Shown here in pieces: positions 1 to 7,023 of a stretch of 38,827 nt of DNA (position 1 is its first letter; each line of letters begins with the position of its first letter). Origin of the DNA: Fidelibacterota bacterium (GTDB lineage Bacteria > Fidelibacterota > Marinisomatia > Marinisomatales > TCS55). The position numbers and the translations under genes are program-made. Location: the NCBI GenBank assembly GCA_046861385.1, contig JBHHTW010000022.1, positions 1 through 38,827 on the forward strand, read 5' to 3'. The notes below the pieces were generated by a model. The model was not told the origin of the DNA. It saw nothing but the letters and a program-made list of their open reading frames with translations, and searched no databases.

Positions 1-191
1 GTATTATTATAATCATCCAAATGGCAGCTATTGCATCCCGTCGTAATACCCTCATGGGAAAAAACAGCACCTTCCCAAGTAACAAATGAGCTATGACAAT
101 CTTCACAAGTTGTTGCAAAATTTAAATCAATATGATTGGGATCAGTTGTATTGTTGTAATCATCCATATGGCAGCTATTGCATCCCGTCGT
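1..191. repeat. 147-bp-period direct repeat encoding a duplicated 49-aa di-heme module
   Basis: gtattattataatcatccaaatggcagctattgcatcccgtcgt (1-44) versus gtattgttgtaatcatccatatggcagctattgcatcccgtcgt (148-191). These translate to GITTGCNSCHLDDYNN and GITTGCNSCHMDDYNN. Confidence 0.85.
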
Positions 192-1943
192 GATTCCCGT
201 GTGAGCAAATGTGGCTCCTACCCAAGTCGTTGTGGAGGAGTGACAATTTTCGCAAGTGGTCGTAAACCCCAGTGTTTCATCATGAACCGGGTTCAATGCG
301 TCGTGATAGTTCGTCAAATGGCATGTTGCACATGCCAAGGATAATTGATGGCTGAATATAATTGGTATCCATCCAGATTCATTGTGGCATTTATCACAAT
401 ATTCCAAAGGATATCCATAATCAGTATGGTTCGGATCTGTGGTGCTCTCGTAGGAAGATAAATGACACCCGGAACTCTCACAATTGACTGATAAACCATT
501 ATACACATTGTCTACATGGCAAAGTTGACAATCAACTGGCACATGTAGACCATGAAGAACAAAACCGGTTTGGGTAACTGAATGTGTAAAGGAATTGTCC
601 TTCCAATCTTCAGTGGAATGGCAGACTTGGCAATCGGAGCTAATATTATTATTCCCGTGAGGAGGATATGCAGATGTTTCATACTCCGGAGAATGGCATT
701 GAATGCACGATTCACTGCTGAATGATGTATGGGAAAAAATAGATTGCTGCCAGGAAACTGTAGTATGACATGCCTCACAGAAATCAGCGATATTATGAGA
801 ACCATGGTCATAAGAAGATATAGTGTAATTTGTCTGAGCTAATCCAGTAGATATATGGCACCCGGCACATGTCAAGGGTAAATCATAATTTCCAGCCGTT
901 CCATGGCATTGTTCGCAATCCGTAGTGATATGGCTTCCGGTTAATGGGAATGCAGTCAAATCATGATTAACTTCGGCTCCAAGCCACTCTATGGTTGTAT
1001 GGCAAATCTCACAATCTTGATTAAAGTTTTTCTCATTATGATTTGGTGCGTTGGGGAATTGACTTAATCCGGTCGCTTCGTAATCCTGTTGGTGGCATGA
1101 CCAACAATCGTCCTGAGTTCCCTGGAATACCCCGGAATGACACCCAGAGCATTCCGCGCCGAAGTGAGCACCCGTCAAAGGCCATTGTGTTCGTATATTG
1201 TGATCAAATGTAGATGGAAACCAGGAGGAGCGGTTGAGTTCGTGGCATTCCTGGCAGTCCGTGCTGATCCTTGCCTGAAAATGAGATGGGTTTTCTGCAT
1301 TGTTATACACATTTATATGACAGCTATAACAATCAGATGGCGTTACATCAAAACGTGTCAAATCATCATGGCAGAAACGGCAATCTACAGAACGATGAGC
1401 GCCCATGAGGGAAAAACGTGTTTCTTCATGATCATATATTCTCTGTTCTACTATCCAGGTATTTGATGTATGGCACCCACTGCATTGATCTCCTAATTGG
1501 CTTTTGTGAATATCCAGATGGCACGAATTACAGGAAGCCGAAATATGACTAAATCTATGTTTTTCGCCAAGGGTAGCCCCTTTATGACAATTAGAACAAT
1601 TGGCAATCGTATGGACACCTTCCAGTTTAAATGCCGTTTTACTATGATCGAAATTGCTTAACTCAAGCTTATCCCATCCGCCTGTTCCGTGGCAATCGCT
1701 GCACTCATAACCTGGGACGGCCAACTCCTGCCCATGTAGTAGTGTTAGTAACATTATTGTAAATATTATTCCAACGGTAGTTAGTTTTAAAATATTATTG
1801 TCATTGCCTGCCCGCCTCTTATCACTTATTAAAAAGGTGGCAGGCGGGCAATCTTCTTCTATAAGCAAATCCAAGGAGATCACTTTGTCGCAAGCTCCTC
1901 GTGATGACATATTTAGAATTACTGATGAATACTTTTGATTCAT
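1..1943 (-). CDS. Giant multiheme cytochrome c (at least 23 heme motifs), 3' end truncated by the window edge
   Basis: Hand translation of the minus strand gives one open frame from ATG 1943 to position 1, about 647 codons; it is not in the ORF track. It reads MNQKYSSVILN...ILKLTTVGIIFTIMLLTLLHGQELAVPGYECSDCH, with a hydrophobic signal-like segment. I count 22 CxxCH (e.g. CSDCH, CSNCH, CRFCH, CWSCH, CEICH, CNSCH) plus one CX4CH (CESSGCH). Repeated 'FDH..T.F.L.G.H...C..CH' modules match the upstream cytochrome. The start is uncertain (in-frame ATGs at 1943 and 1910). Confidence 0.93.
   Translation of the reverse strand, partial: MNQKYSSVILNMSSRGACDKVISLDLLIEEDCPPATFLISDKRRAGNDNNILKLTTVGIIFTIMLLTLLHGQELAVPGYECSDCHGTGGWDKLELSNFDHSKTAFKLEGVHTIANCSNCHKGATLGEKHRFSHISASCNSCHLDIHKSQLGDQCSGCHTSNTWIVEQRIYDHEETRFSLMGAHRSVDCRFCHDDLTRFDVTPSDCYSCHINVYNNAENPSHFQARISTDCQECHELNRSSWFPSTFDHNIRTQWPLTGAHFGAECSGCHSGVFQGTQDDCWSCHQQDYEATGLSQFPNAPNHNEKNFNQDCEICHTTIEWLGAEVNHDLTAFPLTGSHITTDCEQCHGTAGNYDLPLTCAGCHISTGLAQTNYTISSYDHGSHNIADFCEACHTTVSWQQSIFSHTSFSSESCIQCHSPEYETSAYPPHGNNNISSDCQVCHSTEDWKDNSFTHSVTQTGFVLHGLHVPVDCQLCHVDNVYNGLSVNCESSGCHLSSYESTTDPNHTDYGYPLEYCDKCHNESGWIPIIFSHQLSLACATCHLTNYHDALNPVHDETLGFTTTCENCHSSTTTWVGATFAHTGITTGCNSCHMDDYNNTTDPNHIDLNFATTCEDCHSSFVTWEGAVFSHEGITTGCNSCHLDDYNN
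1799..1909. repeat. 111-bp palindromic REP/RPE-like element
   Basis: Terminal inverted repeat tgtcattgc (1799-1807) / gtgatgaca (1901-1909). Internal hairpins attgcctgcccgcc..ggcaggcgggcaat (1803-1852) and atcac..gtgat. The layout matches the GTCATTGC..GCAATC..GAGATTGC..CTCGCAATGAC class of short palindromic repeats. Confidence 0.7.
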
Positions 1944-1984
1944 ATAATTTTCATATTACTATATTTGTAATCGATGAGTTTCAT

Positions 1985-3406
1985 CTACCTGATTTCTTCA
2001 GTAAATGTATGGCAGTCACTACACTGACGGGGTGTTGGAATATATCTGGTAAATAGTCCGTTTATATCTTTTTCTGATTTATGGCATTCATTGCACTTCA
2101 CATCTTGATGTCGGCCATCCAGTGGAAAAGAGGATTTTTGATGATCAAATTTTGTAAGGGTAAACAAATCATTTGTATGACAGGATTCACAGGCGTTATC
2201 AAAATTTTTCATAAATTGATTTCGATGCACATCCTCATGACAGACATTACATGAATACCTCGTCCACGTAAAGCGTGTTGTTGTAATCCCTGGTTTGGGT
2301 TGGTAAGGTTCGTGGCATTTATTGCAAGGGACGGCCAGATGCGAACCATCTAATTGTAACCGGGCCAATTGATGCATTGATGTGGTAAAAGATGATGGAA
2401 TAAAACCATTCACATTATGACATGGTGTGCAATCACCGCCATCTTCCCGTCTCGTAAATTGGTTATAATGTTTGTCCTCGTGGCATCGATCACAGCGATC
2501 ATATTCTGGCAACCGGCTTACTTCAGTTTTCTGGTGGCATTCATTGCATTTCACATTGGAATGTTTCCCATTTAAAGGATACTTTGTTTGACCATGATCA
2601 AAGGGTTTTAGATCTTCTTTCCAGTCTACAGTTGTATGACATGTTTCACATGTGGCTCCAAAAGTTCCTTTATGAAAATCTTCGTGACAACTAGTGCAGT
2701 TTTCAAAAGCGAGACCCGTTAACTGCCACACCTGATTCGGGCGATCTTCTTGAGCTGGGTGACATTTAATACAATCAACTTTCTGATGAGCACCGGTTAA
2801 GAGAAACTTTGCCCGGGTATGATCGAAATCATTGATAGCAAGGTTCCAATCTGAAGTGTTATGGCAGGATACACAATTATTAGAGACCTGATTCTGATGG
2901 ATATTCTCATGACAGCTATGACATGTCTCTTCCAACCCGAGAAATGTTCTGCCCAATACATTATGCTGAGGTCGGTCACTGGCCCAATTAATAATAGAGT
3001 GTCCTTTAATATTTTCACTCGTATGGCATTTATTGCACTCTAGTTCCTGATGTTTGCCTGTTAAAACATATCCTGTTTCTTCATGATCGAATTGTTTGAT
3101 ATCCTTTGGCCAATAGACCAATTCAAAGTCTTTACCATTATGGTCAGAGTGACACTCACCGCACTCGTTTAGTTTATCTCTATGGTAACCTTTCTTGGCA
3201 TCGAGTCTTTCTTTTAACGGTGAATGACAATCTACACACCCGGTTGACAATTCCTTTTTTCTTAATTCATGGCATTGAGTGCAGTTGGTGTTTCCTTCAA
3301 GATGAGCATGGTATTTAGAGAGCGGTCCCGGGGAAAATTGGGCAAAAATCAATCCAGTATTAATGAAGACCCAAAAGAGAATATTATAAGAAACTTTTCT
3401 ACCCAT
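1985..3406 (-). CDS. Periplasmic multiheme cytochrome c, 17 CxxCH motifs
   Basis: N-terminal signal peptide (…GLIFA-QFSPG). 17 CxxCH counted from CTQCH to CSDCH, with repeated FDH..T.F/YPL.G.H linkers that could supply distal His ligands. Confidence 0.95.
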   Translation of the reverse strand: MGRKVSYNILFWVFINTGLIFAQFSPGPLSKYHAHLEGNTNCTQCHELRKKELSTGCVDCHSPLKERLDAKKGYHRDKLNECGECHSDHNGKDFELVYWPKDIKQFDHEETGYVLTGKHQELECNKCHTSENIKGHSIINWASDRPQHNVLGRTFLGLEETCHSCHENIHQNQVSNNCVSCHNTSDWNLAINDFDHTRAKFLLTGAHQKVDCIKCHPAQEDRPNQVWQLTGLAFENCTSCHEDFHKGTFGATCETCHTTVDWKEDLKPFDHGQTKYPLNGKHSNVKCNECHQKTEVSRLPEYDRCDRCHEDKHYNQFTRREDGGDCTPCHNVNGFIPSSFTTSMHQLARLQLDGSHLAVPCNKCHEPYQPKPGITTTRFTWTRYSCNVCHEDVHRNQFMKNFDNACESCHTNDLFTLTKFDHQKSSFPLDGRHQDVKCNECHKSEKDINGLFTRYIPTPRQCSDCHTFTEEIR

Positions 3407-4256
3407 AGCTTTCGTTTTTTATATCTTCCTTATCTATGCCTAATGTAATTAAATCTGTTAATACAGATTCTAAAAATCTGGGGGGAGGAGTTAATTCTTT
3501 TTCTTTTGCTGCTCTTTTTTCATAAATAGAATTTCCGGGTCCACAAACATAAATGGTTCTATTTTCTTCCGGAAGAATCTCATTAATCATCTCTAAATCT
3601 ACTCGTCTATTGTAACATTTTACCGGTAACCCTGACTTCGGTTTTCTTGTAAAGGCAAATACAATATCCAAATGATCAGGAAAGTCCTTTTGCAGTTGGA
3701 GAAGCTCATTTCCGAAAATGGTGTCTGACCAATTTCGATTACTATAAAGCAATTTATGTTTTATATCGGGATAATTGCGAAGCGCATATTTAATAATACT
3801 GTAATTGGGCACAATTCCACTTCCGGCGCAAATATGGACCAATGTTTCCTCCACCGGTTCTTTTAAAACATAAGGACCTGTGAACCCGGTAATGACCATT
3901 CTGGTTCCCCGGGGAGTCCTTTTGGCTAAAATGGGAGACAGTAGTGGAGGATACTTTGTTTTTCCCGAAATATAACGCTCTTCTTTTATCGTAACTGCCA
4001 AATATTTCTCGTCCGGTGCGCTCGAAAGTGAGTAGGCCCGTGGTTTTTCCCTTTTCCCTTTCTTATCTTCTAAATATTTTGTCCATCGTTCCAAGGCTTC
4101 AAATTGATGTGGATCAATGGTTAAAAAATGCCCTGGTTCATATGCCAGTAAATCATTGCCTGTAAATAGAATTAAGGTGGTTGTTTCATCCGTATTGATA
4201 ATCACTTCGGCCACCATCACTTCAAGTTGTTTTATTTTTTTGCGAATATCATTCAT
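3399..4256 (-). CDS. FNR-family FAD/NAD(P)-binding oxidoreductase
   Basis: RAYSLSS (RxYS flavin motif), AGSGIVP (NAD(P)-binding loop), YVCGP and terminal ESYG. No Fe-S cysteine motif and no signal peptide. Confidence 0.88.
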   Translation of the reverse strand: MNDIRKKIKQLEVMVAEVIINTDETTTLILFTGNDLLAYEPGHFLTIDPHQFEALERWTKYLEDKKGKREKPRAYSLSSAPDEKYLAVTIKEERYISGKTKYPPLLSPILAKRTPRGTRMVITGFTGPYVLKEPVEETLVHICAGSGIVPNYSIIKYALRNYPDIKHKLLYSNRNWSDTIFGNELLQLQKDFPDHLDIVFAFTRKPKSGLPVKCYNRRVDLEMINEILPEENRTIYVCGPGNSIYEKRAAKEKELTPPPRFLESVLTDLITLGIDKEDIKNESYG

Positions 4257-4264
4257 GTGTTGTT

Positions 4265-5578
4265 CTATGCTTTAGATTCTATTTTTTTCCCAAATTCAAT
4301 TCCGATTGAATTCAACAGCGGGAATGGTAATTCTCCACCGGCAAAAATAAAAACATAATTATTTTCAATATCTATTTCGGAATCACGTGTCTTCAGTGTG
4401 ACGGAATCTTGTTCAATTTTTACAGGGTTGGAGTTGAATACTACTCTTAATAATTTTTCTGAAATCGCTTTTTCAATTTGAGCCTCATTCCGAGCTTTTA
4501 ACCTGAAGAAATTTTCCTTTCGATAGGAAATGGTTACTTCATTGCCTTCCTGATGGGCCAAACCAATCGCAGCTTCAATGGCACTATCTCCTCCGCCAAT
4601 CACCATTAATTTCCTATTCTTGTAGGTTTCAGCATCCAATAATTTATACATCACTTTACTCATATTTTCACCCGGTACTCCCAATTTTCTGGGGGTACCT
4701 CTCCTCCCCAGAGCCAATATGACGTTTGATGCAGAAACTGGATCAGATGAAGTATTAACAGTGAAATTTCCAAACTCACCGGTTACACCCAATAGCTTAT
4801 GCCCGGTTAATAATCTGATTTTTTGCTCGCTTATTACTTTTTCCCAAATTTCTAACAATTCTTCCTTTTGATATTCTCCTTTTTTTAAAGAACCAAATAA
4901 GGGCAATTCCACCGGTTGTACCAGCACCAATTTTCTTCGGGGATACTGGAGGATGGTTCCGCCAGGCTGGTCCTGATCCAATATTAAATAATTTAAACCC
5001 AATTCTTTTGCTCTAAGACCGGCAGATAAACCTGCAGGGCCGGCTCCGATAATCACAACATCAAATTCAGCTTTTGAACTTGTTGATTTATTTTTATGAA
5101 TATGGTCCATGGCAGTGACACCATGGCTAATCGCATTTTTAATCAATGCTAAACCGCTCAATTCCCCAATGATATATAGGCCGGATATATTGGTTTCAAA
5201 ATGCTTTGACAACTGCGGGATATCCTCTCTTTGACTAATGTCTCCCAACCCGACTTCGATGGCTCCCACCGGACAATTTTCCGCACATTTTGCGTGCCCC
5301 ACACAATGACTTCCATGTATAATTGTTGCTTTTCCTTCAATGAGCCCCAACACGACCCCTTCTGGGCAAGAATCCACACAGATTCCGCATCCAATACATA
5401 ATGAGCGATTAATAATGGGGTGTTGTAATAATGCTTTATCTTGTCTTTTTGCCCTCGTTTCTTCCAACCGTTTTTTGGTTTGAACTTCTTTTTTCTTCAT
5501 ATTTCGAATATAGGGCACCAGAAACAAAAGAATGATTAAAAGACCGATCCCCCAGCTGATTAATTGTTCATTGCCCAT
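4265..5578 (-). CDS. Membrane-anchored 2x[4Fe-4S] ferredoxin / TrxR-fold NAD(P)H flavoprotein fusion
   Basis: N-terminal TM helix (ISWGIGLLIILLFLVPY). Ferredoxin motifs CIGCGICVDSCP and CVGHAKCAENCP. FAD motif IIGAGPAG and NAD(P)H motif GGGDSAIEAA. No redox-active CxxC. Confidence 0.88.
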   Translation of the reverse strand: MGNEQLISWGIGLLIILLFLVPYIRNMKKKEVQTKKRLEETRAKRQDKALLQHPIINRSLCIGCGICVDSCPEGVVLGLIEGKATIIHGSHCVGHAKCAENCPVGAIEVGLGDISQREDIPQLSKHFETNISGLYIIGELSGLALIKNAISHGVTAMDHIHKNKSTSSKAEFDVVIIGAGPAGLSAGLRAKELGLNYLILDQDQPGGTILQYPRRKLVLVQPVELPLFGSLKKGEYQKEELLEIWEKVISEQKIRLLTGHKLLGVTGEFGNFTVNTSSDPVSASNVILALGRRGTPRKLGVPGENMSKVMYKLLDAETYKNRKLMVIGGGDSAIEAAIGLAHQEGNEVTISYRKENFFRLKARNEAQIEKAISEKLLRVVFNSNPVKIEQDSVTLKTRDSEIDIENNYVFIFAGGELPFPLLNSIGIEFGKKIESKA

Positions 5579-6450
5579 CAGAAAACCCAGGTATAACCCA
5601 GTGAAACAGCAACTGTAATATGAACAAACATAATCACAATCATGGTATAGGCGAACGGTTTATGAATCACATGCCAGTAGTGAAATAAACTTTGAGCTGC
5701 ATGCCAAAAAGCAATTTGGCGATCCATTTTAACAATCTGTTTCAATGAATGTTTAAATTGTTTCATTTCTTTTCGGGAGATAGATGACGATTTGGATATT
5801 TCTGTTTTAATTTTTTGCCATTTGAACCCGAAAGATATATCCATGAAGAAAATCGTGAATATACCCAGTAAACCCCGTTTTTTAATTTTATCCGCGCCGG
5901 ACAATTCCCGGATTCTTTCCACAGTACTATCAGATATATCAAATTCTTTCTTAAACTGATCTGTCCGTATTTGTAATTTTTCTTTAAAATCTTCCCGGGT
6001 TATTTCCTTCCCGCTCACGCGATGGGGTATTTTAATATAGATATACCTTCCAATAAATCCGCTTAATGCAACCGCCACCATTGACCAATAGGATATGGAG
6101 ACGAGACCTCCAAATTTAATGGCTGTGTGAAACGTAACCAGAATCGGTCCGGCAATCCCTAAAAAAATATGGTAATTCAGCCAAGTCGGCAATTTGCCCC
6201 ATTTTCGAAAAAACTTTACCCGTTTTCTGATGGAATAAATAAACATCAGCAGCATCATGCCTCCGCCCACAATACCCAAGCCATGCCCGAACGTACCACC
6301 CGGTTTCCACAATTTGTGTATCAGTTTAATATGCGGCCGCTCTGCAAGAGGAGATAAATAGTAAGGGCCAATATTTATGATTATCCATGCAGAGATAATT
6401 ACCAACAAAAATGTGGTTATGGTTAATATTATTTTATGAATTTTATTCAT
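5578..6450 (-). CDS. Integral membrane protein, putative di-heme cytochrome b (ferric-reductase-like TM domain)
   Basis: Several hydrophobic helices and two His pairs each 14 residues apart (H94/H108 in WLNYHIFLG…TFH; H263/H277 in VIHKPF…VH). Its stop overlaps the next ATG (TGATG at 5580-5576). Confidence 0.72.
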   Translation of the reverse strand: MNKIHKIILTITTFLLVIISAWIIINIGPYYLSPLAERPHIKLIHKLWKPGGTFGHGLGIVGGGMMLLMFIYSIRKRVKFFRKWGKLPTWLNYHIFLGIAGPILVTFHTAIKFGGLVSISYWSMVAVALSGFIGRYIYIKIPHRVSGKEITREDFKEKLQIRTDQFKKEFDISDSTVERIRELSGADKIKKRGLLGIFTIFFMDISFGFKWQKIKTEISKSSSISRKEMKQFKHSLKQIVKMDRQIAFWHAAQSLFHYWHVIHKPFAYTMIVIMFVHITVAVSLGYTWVF

Positions 6451-6573
6451 TAAAGGAAAATCCCGAATTGTAATTTAAATAATTACGACTATTACCTCTT
6501 ATTATTTGTTAACTCTATTATTTATATGCGATTACAATTGTGATTGATTAAACATTTTTCGTTAATTTTACCA

Positions 6574-7011
6574 ATGGATATACCCATACACCCGATACTG
6601 GTTCATTTTCCAATAGCATTAATTACTTCTGCATTTTTCTTTCAAGCACTGTATGTATGGAAACTCCCATTAATTTGCCGAACAATGAGTATGTGGCTTT
6701 TGGGATTAGGCGCACTATTAAGCATACCTGCGACAGTATCCGGGCAGGAGGAGGCTGTATATGTAGGCCAATTCGGATTAGAAACGATTGTATTAGAAAC
6801 AATCCAACTTCATGAATTAATGGCAAATTTAGCGACGTGGGGGAGCTTGATTACAGTGCTGGCTTGGGTTTATTTCTTTTTAAATAATCCCCATGATGAT
6901 AGAATAGATCGCTTGGCGCTTGCCTTTTTAGGTTTGCTGACAGGGTTCGTAATTTTTACCGGGTATTTGGGAGGACTTTTATCTCACGGTCATGGTGTTG
7001 GTATGCCTTAA
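6574..7011 (+). CDS. DUF2231-family membrane protein
   Basis: HPILVHFPIAL signature, 4 hydrophobic segments, C-terminal GYLGGLL..HGVG. ATG 6574 preferred over TTG 6544. Confidence 0.8.
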   Translation: MDIPIHPILVHFPIALITSAFFFQALYVWKLPLICRTMSMWLLGLGALLSIPATVSGQEEAVYVGQFGLETIVLETIQLHELMANLATWGSLITVLAWVYFFLNNPHDDRIDRLALAFLGLLTGFVIFTGYLGGLLSHGHGVGMP

Positions 7012-7023
7012 TTGTATGAATCA

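Noticed and set aside
1-191. Direct repeat considered as a CRISPR array
   Set aside because: Only two copies, the period is a multiple of three, it lies inside a coding frame, and there are no cas genes.
132-1466. ORF-track ORFs 132..344, 314..508, 512..811 and 1137..1466
   Set aside because: They are antisense or off-frame shadows of the giant multiheme cytochrome, which occupies another minus-strand frame.
1787-1804. ATG at 1804 as the start of the giant cytochrome
   Set aside because: It is out of frame and reads ATG ACA ATA ATA TTT TAA.
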